From NCBI GenBank assembly GCA_963663225.1, contig OY760142.1, positions 2,528,001 to 2,592,000 on the forward strand: DNA of 64,000 bases, read 5' to 3'. Position 1 is the stretch's first letter, and the number at the start of each line of letters is the position of its first letter. The DNA is from Nitrospirota bacterium (lineage in GTDB: Bacteria; Nitrospirota; UBA9217). Of the stretch, positions 18,019 through 27,764 are shown piece after piece. The notes beneath the pieces were generated by a model. The model was not told where the DNA came from, did no database searches, and saw nothing but the letters and a program-made list of their open reading frames with translations. The position numbers were made by a program, and so were the translations under genes.

Positions 18019-19842
18019 ATGTCTGTCCATAAGCAATCTTCCATACGGGGAATATTCCATTCACTCGGCCTGGTGTTTGGCGACATCGGCACCAGCCCGA
18101 TCTATACGCTCACCGTTATTTTTCTTTTGCCGACGATCGTGCGGACTGAGGACAATGTTATCGGCGTTTTGTCGCTTATTATCTGGACCCTTATTTTCCT
18201 TGTTACCATTCAGTATGCCTGGCTCGCCATGAGCCTCGGCAAGCGCGGCGAAGGAGGGACAATTGTGCTCCGTGAAATCCTTGTCCCACTCCTCCAATCC
18301 GGTCACTCTGCCGCTTTTTTTACGCTTCTTTCCTTTATCGGAGTTTCTCTCCTTATTGGCGATGGGGTTATTACGCCGGCCATCAGTATCCTCTCCGCTG
18401 TAGAAGGTATCTTACTGATCAAAGGGTTTGAAGGAATGGGCCAAACGTCCCTCATCGTGATTGCAGGAAGCATTGCAATCCTGCTGTTTGCTTTTCAAAA
18501 AAAAGGAACAGAGCGTATTGCCGGCGCCTTTGGCCCTCTGATGATTCTGTGGTTCCTTACCCTGACGGCGTCCGGGATTGCCTCAATTCTCAGTGTACCT
18601 GCAGTGATGAAAGCAGTAAATCCATACTATGCCCTCAGTTTTTTATTTTCTCACGGCGTCCTCGGATTCCTTGTACTTTCAGAGGTCATCCTTTGCGCCA
18701 CAGGAGGAGAAGCGCTCTATGCGGACATGGGGCATTTGGGTCGCGTTCCCATTGTCAGGGCATGGTATTTTGTTTTTTTTGCGCTTGTATTCAATTATCT
18801 CGGCCAGGGAGCTTATCTTATCGGCCATCCAGAAGCCAAAAATATTCTGTTCGAAATGGTTTTTTATCAGGCGCCGCTGTTCTACATACCCTTTCTGATC
18901 CTGAGCATCATCGCAACGGTTATTGCGTCCCAGGCCATGATCAGCGGGATGTTTTCGATCGTCTATCAGGGGATTACCACGCGCATCATGCCCATATTCA
19001 GAGTTGACTATACGTCCCGCGACCGTCATTCCCAGATATACATCGGCGTGGTGAACTGGTTTTTGCTGCTTGCCGTACTGTACATTATTATGGAGTTCAA
19101 AGAATCCAGCAAACTGGCGTACGCTTATGGCCTTGCAGTTTCGGGCACCATGACATTGACCGGCATCTTTATGGTTTGGATATTCTATCTGAGAAAAAAC
19201 CATTTCCGGTTTGCCGTTTCAATATTTGTGGCCATAATTTCCCTGACATTTTTCTTGTCTAATATGTTAAAAATCCCGCACGGTGGATATTGGTCGCTTA
19301 TTATCGCAGCCATTCCGTTTTTACTCATTATGCTTTACCGGGCAGGACAACGAAAACTCTATGACGCGCTGCGGCCGCTCCCGCTTGACGTTTTTCTGCT
19401 GAGCTATAACCAGATTTACTGGACCATGAGCAAAATCACCGGCACGGCGCTTTTCTTCTCCAAGGACGTCAAAGAAATGCCTCCGTACATCATCCATACG
19501 ATGTTCAAGAACAACATTATTTATGAAGAAAACATCATCGTTTCAATCATAAAGCTGGACGAGCCGTTCGGGATCAGCGCATCATTCAAGGAGGACCTTG
19601 CCCCCGGGCTTCGTTTGTTTGAGATCCATCTGGGGTATATGGAAGTTCCGGACGTGGAGGAAATTCTGCGCCAGCAGGGGATACAGGAAAAGACCATCTT
19701 TTACGGATTGGAAGACATTCTGCCGAGTAAATTCACCTGGGCGGTATTTTCTTTTATCAAACGGGTCACCCCGAATATTGTGCAATTCTATAAACTTCCT
19801 TACAACAAATTACATGGCGTGGTCACGCGCGTAGAATTGTAA
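18019..19842 (+). CDS. kup: KUP/HAK/KT potassium transporter, copy 1
   Basis: GDIGTSPIY, GEGG, DGVITPAISILSAVEG, TGGEALYADMGH, YGLAV; start set at 18019 by alignment with copy 2 (both 607 aa). Confidence 0.93.
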   Translation: MSVHKQSSIRGIFHSLGLVFGDIGTSPIYTLTVIFLLPTIVRTEDNVIGVLSLIIWTLIFLVTIQYAWLAMSLGKRGEGGTIVLREILVPLLQSGHSAAFFTLLSFIGVSLLIGDGVITPAISILSAVEGILLIKGFEGMGQTSLIVIAGSIAILLFAFQKKGTERIAGAFGPLMILWFLTLTASGIASILSVPAVMKAVNPYYALSFLFSHGVLGFLVLSEVILCATGGEALYADMGHLGRVPIVRAWYFVFFALVFNYLGQGAYLIGHPEAKNILFEMVFYQAPLFYIPFLILSIIATVIASQAMISGMFSIVYQGITTRIMPIFRVDYTSRDRHSQIYIGVVNWFLLLAVLYIIMEFKESSKLAYAYGLAVSGTMTLTGIFMVWIFYLRKNHFRFAVSIFVAIISLTFFLSNMLKIPHGGYWSLIIAAIPFLLIMLYRAGQRKLYDALRPLPLDVFLLSYNQIYWTMSKITGTALFFSKDVKEMPPYIIHTMFKNNIIYEENIIVSIIKLDEPFGISASFKEDLAPGLRLFEIHLGYMEVPDVEEILRQQGIQEKTIFYGLEDILPSKFTWAVFSFIKRVTPNIVQFYKLPYNKLHGVVTRVEL

Positions 19843-19903
19843 GCAGTGCTTGTTTTTGTCTGAATAATGCAGTGTTCTATTCTGTTTTTTCTAAAGAAAA
19901 GTG

Positions 19904-19932
19904 TTGCCCATAAACGAATAATTTACTACAAT
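19904..19932 (+). promoter_or_regulatory. Putative separate promoter for kup copy 2
   Basis: TTGCCC-17 nt-TACAAT in the AT-rich spacer. Confidence 0.45.
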
Positions 19933-19957
19933 TCTCACAGAAAGAATCTTTATCATT

Positions 19958-21781
19958 ATGTCCGACCGCAAGGTATCCTCCATACGAAGCGTAGTCCATT
20001 CACTCGGCCTGGTGTTTGGCGACATCGGCACCAGCCCGATCTATACGCTTACGGTCATATTTCTTCTGCCGACGATCGTGCGGACAGAGGACAATGTCGT
20101 CGGTGTCTTGTCCCTGATATTTTGGACGCTTGTTCTTCTGGTGACGGTGAAATACGCCTGGCTTGCCATGAGCCTCGGCAAACGTGGAGAAGGGGGCATC
20201 GTCGTTCTTACCGAACTGCTCCGGCCCTTGCTTAAATCAGGCCGGAAAGTCACGTTTGTTCTGCTCCTTTCCTTTGTCGGAATTTCGCTGTTTGTCGGCG
20301 ACGGCGTCATCACGCCGGCCATCAGTATCCTCTCCGCGGTGGAAGGTATGCTGCTGATCAAGGGTTTCGAGGGACTGGGGCAGACCTATCTTATTATTAT
20401 TGCCGGCAGCATTGCCATCCTGCTCTTTTCATTCCAGAAGAAAGGCAGCGAGCGCGTTGCGGACGCCTTTGGCCCCCTGATGCTGCTGTGGTTTTTTGCC
20501 CTTACCGCCTCCGGCATCGTATCGATTCTGCAGGTGCCTTCCGTGCTCAAGGCGGCGAATCCTTACTACGCTCTGATGTTTCTGCTTCATCACGGAATCA
20601 TCGGATTTTTCGTGCTTTCAGAAGTCATTCTTTGCGTCACCGGTGGAGAAGCTCTGTACGCTGATATGGGGCATCTGGGCCGCGTTCCCATTCTGCGTGC
20701 ATGGCATTTTGTTTTTCTCGCCTTGGTGCTGAACTACTTCGGCCAGGGGGCTTATCTTATCGGTCATCCGGAAGCAAAAAATATTCTGTTCGAAATGGTT
20801 TTCTATCAGGCACCGTTGTTCTACATACCCTTTTTGATCCTGAGCATCATCGCAACGGTCATTGCGTCCCAGGCCATGATCAGCGGGATGTTTTCGATCG
20901 TCTATCAGGGGATCGCAACGCGGATCATTCCGATGTTTAAAGTGGATTACACGTCCCAGGAACGGCATTCTCAGATTTATATCGGGACGGTGAACTGGTT
21001 TCTTCTGCTGGCAGTGCTTTTTGTGATGATTCAGTTCCAGCAGTCGAGCAATCTGGCCGTTGCCTACGGACTTGCCGTTACCGGGACCATGACGATCACC
21101 GGGATTTTTATGACCTGGATTTTTTTCCGTCGCCGCAACCTGATAAAAGGGGCGCTGTCTGCGCTGGTCACCCTGATAGCCGCGGTTTATCTTCTTTCAA
21201 CCACAACCAAGATTCCTCACGGCGGCTACTGGTCACTCATTATCGCCGCCATCCCATTTTCACTCATCATGCTTTACCGTGCAGGACAACGAAAACTTTA
21301 TGATGCGCTTCAGCCTCTTCCCATTGACGTTTTTCTGCTGAGCTACAACCAGATTTACTGGACCATGAACAAAATCACCGGCACGGCGCTTTTCTTTTCC
21401 AAGGACGTCAAAGAAATGCCTCCGTACATCATCCATACGATGTTCAAGAACAACATTATTTACGAAGAGAATATTATTGTATCGATTATAAGACAGGATG
21501 AACCGTTTGGGATCCGGGCATTTTTCATGGAGGACCTTGCGCCAGGGCTCCGTTCATTTGAGATCCATCTGGGGTATATGGAAGTTCCGGACGTGGAGGA
21601 AATTCTGCGCCAGCAGGGGATACAGGAAAAGACCATCTTTTACGGCGTGGAGGACATACTGCCGAGTAAGTTCATCTGGGCGGTGTTCTCAGTCATCAAA
21701 CGGCTTACGCCGAACATTGTTCAATTCTACAAACTTCCGTACAACAAGCTACACGGCGTCGTCACCCGTGTCGAACTGTAA
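19958..21781 (+). CDS. kup: KUP/HAK/KT potassium transporter, copy 2
   Basis: Same motifs as copy 1; collinear paralogue at offset 1939 bp. Confidence 0.93.
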   Translation: MSDRKVSSIRSVVHSLGLVFGDIGTSPIYTLTVIFLLPTIVRTEDNVVGVLSLIFWTLVLLVTVKYAWLAMSLGKRGEGGIVVLTELLRPLLKSGRKVTFVLLLSFVGISLFVGDGVITPAISILSAVEGMLLIKGFEGLGQTYLIIIAGSIAILLFSFQKKGSERVADAFGPLMLLWFFALTASGIVSILQVPSVLKAANPYYALMFLLHHGIIGFFVLSEVILCVTGGEALYADMGHLGRVPILRAWHFVFLALVLNYFGQGAYLIGHPEAKNILFEMVFYQAPLFYIPFLILSIIATVIASQAMISGMFSIVYQGIATRIIPMFKVDYTSQERHSQIYIGTVNWFLLLAVLFVMIQFQQSSNLAVAYGLAVTGTMTITGIFMTWIFFRRRNLIKGALSALVTLIAAVYLLSTTTKIPHGGYWSLIIAAIPFSLIMLYRAGQRKLYDALQPLPIDVFLLSYNQIYWTMNKITGTALFFSKDVKEMPPYIIHTMFKNNIIYEENIIVSIIRQDEPFGIRAFFMEDLAPGLRSFEIHLGYMEVPDVEEILRQQGIQEKTIFYGVEDILPSKFIWAVFSVIKRLTPNIVQFYKLPYNKLHGVVTRVEL

Positions 21782-21830
21782 CGATCTGCACCCACCCGGA
21801 TGGTTTTGGATGACCGGCGTGCTATACGTG

Positions 21831-22931
21831 CTAGAGCGGTAATTTTTTTGTTTCTTCAACTACCTCATCGGACACGCTGTCGCTCAGCGACTGCAAACGG
21901 TCACCGAATCTTTCCAGACGCCTGTCCGCTTCTTCATACTTTGTCTTCATATTGGTCAAATGCTTGCCCACCAGTTCGAAATCAGCTTTAAACCGGTCGA
22001 AATCACCGGCAAGTCTTGCCAGATTGTTCAGAATTTGCTGGGCTTGCTTCTCCACATGCATTCCCTTGAGTCCGAGGAGTATGGTCTGGAGGTAGGCATA
22101 AAAACTGTTTGGAGAGACCGGGATTACGCGCTTTGTAAAAGAGTAGTTTAAAAGCCCTTTTTCCGTGTCCAGGGATTCATCTTTGATGATGAGTTCGTAG
22201 TACACATTTTCGGCCGGGATATACATAAGCGCAAAATCGAATGTGCCTTCATCCGGCAGAATGTACTTGGCGGCGATGGCATCAATGTGCTTTTTGACAT
22301 CTGCGATGAATTTCCGCCTTGCTGTTTTTCGTTCATCCTCGGTTGTTGTTTCAAGGACACGCCTGAAGTTCTCAAGGGGAAACTTGGCATCCACCGGGAC
22401 GATATTATGGCCGAGCTTTATGACTGCATCAACGGTTTCGCCGCTCTTAAAGCGGTATTGAAGATCAAAGTAGGAGGGTGGGAAAATTTGGGACAAGAGG
22501 TCGCCGAGAAAAAGCTCTCCGAGTCCGCCGCGCAGTTTCGGTGAGCGGAGAATTTCCTGCAGGCTGGCGATGTCTTTGCCGACTTCAAATACCTGTTTCG
22601 TTGACTCATTCAGGCTGCCGAGGCCCTTGCTGACCTCTTGTACCACGCGCGCCGCATTGTCCAGTCTTGTGTTCAGGTCGCCGGTTGACTTCTGAAGCTG
22701 CTGGGCTACCTGGTTGAGCTGGCCGTTGACCTGGAGCGTGATCTGGGAAAGCTGGGTGTTCACCGAATCCTGATTTTTGATCATTGCTTCAGAGAGTTGA
22801 CCGCGGAGCGACTGCACTTCCTGTTGCATCAGTGCTATTGCTGGGTCCACGCTTCTCTTCTGGGATTGAATAATCAGCCAGATCAGTATGAACAGGACTG
22901 CTGCAAGAAGTATGAGGATGGCCGTCTGCAT
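21831..22931 (-). CDS. rmuC: DNA recombination protein RmuC
   Basis: N-terminal TM and coiled coil; RGGLGE, PVDAKFP, KYI...TFDFALMYIPAE. Confidence 0.92.
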   Translation of the reverse strand: MQTAILILLAAVLFILIWLIIQSQKRSVDPAIALMQQEVQSLRGQLSEAMIKNQDSVNTQLSQITLQVNGQLNQVAQQLQKSTGDLNTRLDNAARVVQEVSKGLGSLNESTKQVFEVGKDIASLQEILRSPKLRGGLGELFLGDLLSQIFPPSYFDLQYRFKSGETVDAVIKLGHNIVPVDAKFPLENFRRVLETTTEDERKTARRKFIADVKKHIDAIAAKYILPDEGTFDFALMYIPAENVYYELIIKDESLDTEKGLLNYSFTKRVIPVSPNSFYAYLQTILLGLKGMHVEKQAQQILNNLARLAGDFDRFKADFELVGKHLTNMKTKYEEADRRLERFGDRLQSLSDSVSDEVVEETKKLPL

Positions 22932-22988
22932 ATGCGTATACTCAGGTAATGAAACCCGCGGGGAATCAGAAATCTTTCTATGCCCTCG

Positions 22989-23987
22989 TCAGGGTATTTC
23001 CAGCATTCTGTCCAGCGCCCGTTTTGCGGGAATGCGGATATCTTCGGGCACTTTGATGCTATGCTCCATCTTTTCCATGGCGCGTATTATGCTCGTGAGT
23101 TTCGTCTTTTTCATATTGGAACAGTGCATCTTCTGGGAAGCAACATAGAAGTGTTTGTCTGGGTTGTCTTTTTTCAGACGATGTAGTATTCCTTCTTCGG
23201 TTGCAATAATAAATTCTCTCTGTTGCGATTCTTTGCAAAAGCGCAGCATGCCGGATGTACTGGTGATATGGTCCGCCATGTCCTGGATTTCCGGGGAGCA
23301 TTCGGGATGAACGATGAGAAGAGCATCGGGATGCTCTTCTTTGGCATGTCGTGCGGCTGTAACGTCCAAAAATGCATAGTGCACGTTGCAGAACCCGTCC
23401 CAGGAAATTATTTTTTTGTTCGTCCTTCTGGCGGCATAGGCGGAAAGGTTCCGGTCCGGAATGCAGATGACGGTGTCTTCTTTGAGCGACTCAACGACTT
23501 TTACAACATTCGAAGATGTGCAGCAGACGTCGCTTTCCGCCTTGACTGCTGCCGATGTATTTATGTAAGCGACAACCGGCACGCCTGGGTGCTGCTTCTT
23601 CATGTCCAGAAGGGTGAACTCGTCTGCAAATTCGAAGGCAATGCCGAAAACATCGGTGTACAGTTCGCGAAGCGTCTTGCGCGGCTCTTGTGTGCTGACC
23701 ATGTCCGCCATCGGGCAGCCGGCATTGATTTCCGGCAGTAATACGGTCTTGTCGGGTGAAAGAATAAAGGCGCTTTCCGCCATGAAATGAACGCCGCAAA
23801 ACACAATGACGTCGTAATCCGTTTTTGCCGCAGCACGTGCAAGCTCAAAAGAGTCGCCAGTAATATCCGCAATATCCTGCACTTCGGGACGCTGATAATT
23901 GTGGGCGAGTATTACTGCGTTCAGCTTCTTTTTTAATGAGATTATTTTTTCGCGAAGGTCGTTGATATCCGGATTCTGTGCGGTCAT
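22989..23987 (-). CDS. nadA: Quinolinate synthase
   Basis: LAHNYQ, GDS, FCGVHFMAE, AGCPMADM, YINT, GFCNVH, HPEC; start placed at ATG 23987 just after a predicted promoter. Confidence 0.94.
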   Translation of the reverse strand: MTAQNPDINDLREKIISLKKKLNAVILAHNYQRPEVQDIADITGDSFELARAAAKTDYDVIVFCGVHFMAESAFILSPDKTVLLPEINAGCPMADMVSTQEPRKTLRELYTDVFGIAFEFADEFTLLDMKKQHPGVPVVAYINTSAAVKAESDVCCTSSNVVKVVESLKEDTVICIPDRNLSAYAARRTNKKIISWDGFCNVHYAFLDVTAARHAKEEHPDALLIVHPECSPEIQDMADHITSTSGMLRFCKESQQREFIIATEEGILHRLKKDNPDKHFYVASQKMHCSNMKKTKLTSIIRAMEKMEHSIKVPEDIRIPAKRALDRMLEIP

Positions 23988-23996
23988 AGGTGACTG

Positions 23997-24026
23997 ATAA
24001 TACCGATAAGGCCGTTCCATTGTCAA
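23997..24026 (-). promoter_or_regulatory. sigma70-type promoter of nadA-rmuC
   Basis: Minus strand TTGACA-18 nt-TATTAT, 9 nt before ATG 23987. Confidence 0.5.
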
Positions 24027-24128
24027 GTCAATTTGTTTCACGCCGCCGCTTTATGCTCGTGCTGGCCTTTCTAAAATGGCGTATCCGATAAAAACTTCCC
24101 TCTGCCGGACTGTTTCGCGATAATACGG

Positions 24129-24157
24129 TTGACTGTCATCGCCGGTTGGATTATGAT
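24129..24157 (+). promoter_or_regulatory. sigma70-type promoter of the GT9 gene
   Basis: TTGACT-17 nt-TATGAT. Confidence 0.55.
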
Positions 24158-24174
24158 TATTGCTGCGTGCTATC

Positions 24175-25197
24175 ATGAAAATTCTTATTGTCAAGCTCTC
24201 CGCGATCGGCGATGTTGTTCAAACGCTGCCTGCACTCGAAGCAATCAAAAAAACCTACCCTGCCAGCAGCATTACCTGGCTTGTCGAAGAGGCCGCCTCG
24301 GGAATCCTTGAAGGCCATCCGCTCATTGATACGCTGCTGATTTCTCGCAGGAAAACCTGGTTGAACATGCTGAAAAATCCTCTTACTTTTTACGGCGGCA
24401 TTGCACGGATCATCCGTTTTATCCGCGAGTTGCGCAGCGTGCATTACGATATTGCCATTGATTTTCAGGGACTTCTGAAAAGCGGGATGCTCATGTTCCT
24501 GGCACGGGCTGAACGAAAAATCGGATTTGACCGCACCCGCGAGCTGTCTTATCTGTTTTTGAATGAACGGCTGCCTGCTTATGATTTGGAAAAGCATGCG
24601 CTTGAGCGGTATCTGGATGTGGCCCGGTATCTGGGGGCGAGGGAACCTTCTACAACGTGTTTATTGCCGATTCAGGAAGAACTGAAAAAAATGAAGCTAA
24701 AAATCGCTTCTTTGAACCCGGAGAACCGGCCTCTCGTAATTATCAACCCTGTCGCTCGCTGGAAAACAAAGCTCTGGCCGCAAAGAAACTTCGCCGAACT
24801 CGCGGACAGGCTGGTGCGGGAAAAGAATGCAATGGTTCTCTTTACCGGCAGCAGGGACGACCGTACGTTCAATGAGAGCATTCTTTCCATGATGAAGGCA
24901 CAGGGACAGAACTGCACAGGAGATACTACATTAAAGGAGCTTGCGGCATTGGCATCTCTTGCAGATTTATTTATTACGACCGATACGGGCCCCATGCATC
25001 TTGCCGCGGCTGCAGGGGCAAAAGTAGTTGCCCTGTTCGGTCCGACGGCACCCTGGAGGACCGGTCCGTATGGTGCAGGGAACATTGTTCTTCGCGCGGG
25101 AGCAGCATGTTCACCATGCTTTAAACGAACGTGCGAGAATGTCCGATGTATGGAGGATATAACCGTGGATGCAGTGATGGGGAAAATATCATTGTAA
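24175..25197 (+). CDS. LPS heptosyltransferase (GT9, WaaC/WaaF-like)
   Basis: MKILIVKLSAIGDVV, DFQGLLKS, DTGPMHLAAA, ALFGPT. Confidence 0.9.
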   Translation: MKILIVKLSAIGDVVQTLPALEAIKKTYPASSITWLVEEAASGILEGHPLIDTLLISRRKTWLNMLKNPLTFYGGIARIIRFIRELRSVHYDIAIDFQGLLKSGMLMFLARAERKIGFDRTRELSYLFLNERLPAYDLEKHALERYLDVARYLGAREPSTTCLLPIQEELKKMKLKIASLNPENRPLVIINPVARWKTKLWPQRNFAELADRLVREKNAMVLFTGSRDDRTFNESILSMMKAQGQNCTGDTTLKELAALASLADLFITTDTGPMHLAAAAGAKVVALFGPTAPWRTGPYGAGNIVLRAGAACSPCFKRTCENVRCMEDITVDAVMGKISL

Positions 25198-25294
25198 CGG
25201 AACAAAACGTTTTTTTGATATGCTGCTTGAAAAAGAGCTTTAAATCAGCTATTCTTTGACAAGCTTTAGAAAAGAAAACCAGACACAGCTTGCC

Positions 25295-26524
25295 ATGAAC
25301 GAGATAAAATCATCCCCGTCCGGATGGCGCAAAGGCCTCTCCCGAAATGTTATTGTCCTCGGATTCGTAAGCCTGCTCAATGACGGCGCTTCTGAAATGA
25401 TCTATCCGCTCCTGCCGATTTTTCTTTCAGTTGTGCTGGGAGCGGGACCCGCGGCCATCGGCGTCATCGAAGGAATTGCAGAAGCCACTGCTTCCCTGAT
25501 CAAGCTTTATTCAGGATATCTTTCCGACCGGATTAAGCGGCGAAAGAGCTGGATTGTTGCTGGCTATGCGATTGCGAACGTTGTTCGCCCCTTGATTGCA
25601 TTTTCAACATCATGGCTGCAAGTCCTTGTGCTTCGGTTCATGGACCGGGTAGGAAAGGGCATCCGCACTTCACCGCGGGACGCGATAATTGCCGACTCCA
25701 CAGACCCCGCCTACCGCGGCGTTGCTTTCAGCTTTCACCGCGCAATGGACCATGGCGGCGCTATTCTCGGTCCGCTCATGGCGACGGGACTGCTTCTCGT
25801 ACTTACCGGTACGAAAGAAGAAAATCTTTCGACCATATTTTTGCTTTCTTTTATTCCCGGGTTATTCGCGGTTTTTTTGCTCATCTTCGGACTTCGGGAA
25901 CATCAGACAGACGGTGTTCATGCAGTTTCTCCGAGTGCGCTGAATTTCAAGTCCGCCTGGGCGGAAATGTCGACGAACTATCGGAAATACCTGCTGATTC
26001 TTTTTGTTTTCACTCTGGGGAATTCTTCCGACGTTTTTCTTTTGCTGCGCGCCCAGCATCTCGGAGTTCCCGTTGCTCTGCTGCCGACGATTTGGGTGGC
26101 GCTCCATATTGTGAAAATGGGTTTCTCAGTTCCGGGAGGCATCATATCCGACCGAATCGGCAGAAAAAAAGTTATAATTGCGGGCTGGATTGTATATGCG
26201 ACGGTGTATATCGGATTTGCCGTTGCGGACGTCCAGTGGCACGCGTGGGTTCTGTTCGCCATATACGGCATCTATTTCGGCTTGACCGAAGGCGTTGAAA
26301 AAGCGCTTGTCGCAGATTTTGCGCCTGCGCATCTGCGGGGATCGGCTTTTGGGCTCTATAATCTTGTTATTGGCGTTGGGGCGCTTCCCGCATCGCTTCT
26401 CTTCGGCGTGGTCTGGCAGAACTGCGGCACAGCGGCGGCTTTTGGCATGGGAGCCGGTTTTGCCGTCCTGGCAAGCGTGATGATCGCCCTGTTAACGGTT
26501 AAAAAACCGGAATCTGCAATCTGA
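25295..26524 (+). CDS. MFS transporter
   Basis: About 12 TM segments; SGYLSDRIKRRK, DRVGKGIRTSPRDA, GIISDRIGRKK. Confidence 0.9.
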   Translation: MNEIKSSPSGWRKGLSRNVIVLGFVSLLNDGASEMIYPLLPIFLSVVLGAGPAAIGVIEGIAEATASLIKLYSGYLSDRIKRRKSWIVAGYAIANVVRPLIAFSTSWLQVLVLRFMDRVGKGIRTSPRDAIIADSTDPAYRGVAFSFHRAMDHGGAILGPLMATGLLLVLTGTKEENLSTIFLLSFIPGLFAVFLLIFGLREHQTDGVHAVSPSALNFKSAWAEMSTNYRKYLLILFVFTLGNSSDVFLLLRAQHLGVPVALLPTIWVALHIVKMGFSVPGGIISDRIGRKKVIIAGWIVYATVYIGFAVADVQWHAWVLFAIYGIYFGLTEGVEKALVADFAPAHLRGSAFGLYNLVIGVGALPASLLFGVVWQNCGTAAAFGMGAGFAVLASVMIALLTVKKPESAI

Positions 26525-26554
26525 TTCATACAAAATTAATACTGACTATAACCT

Positions 26555-27148
26555 ATGAGTAAATCATTGCATCGCATATGTGTTTACTGCGGATCGAACA
26601 ACGGATCGAAAATTGCGTACCGGAAGGCTGCCGTTCAATTGGCTGCAGCGATGGTGCAAGAGGGTATTACCCTTGTGTACGGCGGCGGGAATGTCGGGCT
26701 TATGGGCATTCTTGCGGATTCGGTGCTTGCAGCCGGAGGTACCGTGGTCGGGGTGATCCCGCAGGCTTTGGTTGACAAGGAGGTTGCGCACAGAGGGGTG
26801 ACCGATCTTCGCATTGTAGGCTCGATGCACGAACGCAAGGCCCTCATGGCGGATCTTTCCGATGCCGTCATAGCGTTGCCGGGAGGATTGGGAACACTCG
26901 AAGAATTCTGCGAGGCTGCCACATGGACGCAATTGGGATTCCACGACAAACCGTGCGGAATTCTGAACATCGAAGGATATTATGACGGCCTGCTTGCCAT
27001 GCTGGACCATGCCGTAAAAGAAAATTTTGTTCGGCCAGAACACCGGCGTATCATTATATCCGAGACTGATCCGGTAACATTGATCAAAAAACTTGCCGAG
27101 TTCAGGCTGCCGAAAATTCAAAAGTGGATCGGCAGAAATGAACAATAG
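26555..27148 (+). CDS. LOG family nucleotide phosphoribohydrolase
   Basis: VYCGS, YGGGNVGLMG, MHERK, PGGLGTLEE. Confidence 0.92.
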   Translation: MSKSLHRICVYCGSNNGSKIAYRKAAVQLAAAMVQEGITLVYGGGNVGLMGILADSVLAAGGTVVGVIPQALVDKEVAHRGVTDLRIVGSMHERKALMADLSDAVIALPGGLGTLEEFCEAATWTQLGFHDKPCGILNIEGYYDGLLAMLDHAVKENFVRPEHRRIIISETDPVTLIKKLAEFRLPKIQKWIGRNEQ

Positions 27149-27193
27149 AGCATTGAGAAGGGAAGCTATTCATCATTTTTAAGGGAGGTTCCA

Positions 27194-27739
27194 ATGATTG
27201 ATTTCTTGCGGAAACGACGCAGCATTCGAAAATACACCGGAAAGCGCATCGAGAGCGACTCTGTTGATCTCCTCGTGGAAGCATTGCTTCGGGCTCCATC
27301 ATCACGGAACGTTAAGCCGTGCGAATTTGTGGTGGTCGACGATCAGGAGTTGTTGAAAAAACTGTCGCATGCCAAGGAGCATGGGGCGCATTTTCTGCAA
27401 AATGCGGCCCTGGGGATTGTGGTCTGCGCAGACAGCGAGAAATCAGACGTCTGGATAGAAGATTCTTCCATCGCGTCTATCCTCGTTCAAATGGTCGCGC
27501 AGTCGCTGGGACTGGGAAACTGCTGGGTGCAGATCAGAAATCGAACCCGTATGGCCGGTGAAATGGCGGAACCCTATATTCAAAAATTGCTGGGAATACC
27601 GGAACATCTCAAGATTTTGTCTATTATAAGCATCGGTTATCCCGACGAAATAAAAAAACCGGTTGAAAAGAGCGAGCTTGATTACGGCAAAATCAGGTAC
27701 AACAGGTATTCTGAACAGTATATCTCCCGTGCGAAGTAG
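27194..27739 (+). CDS. Nitroreductase family protein
   Basis: RRSIRKY, APSSRN, LGLGNCWV, IGYP. Confidence 0.9.
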   Translation: MIDFLRKRRSIRKYTGKRIESDSVDLLVEALLRAPSSRNVKPCEFVVVDDQELLKKLSHAKEHGAHFLQNAALGIVVCADSEKSDVWIEDSSIASILVQMVAQSLGLGNCWVQIRNRTRMAGEMAEPYIQKLLGIPEHLKILSIISIGYPDEIKKPVEKSELDYGKIRYNRYSEQYISRAK

Positions 27740-27764
27740 TCCGTTTTCTGAAATGAGGTAAAGC

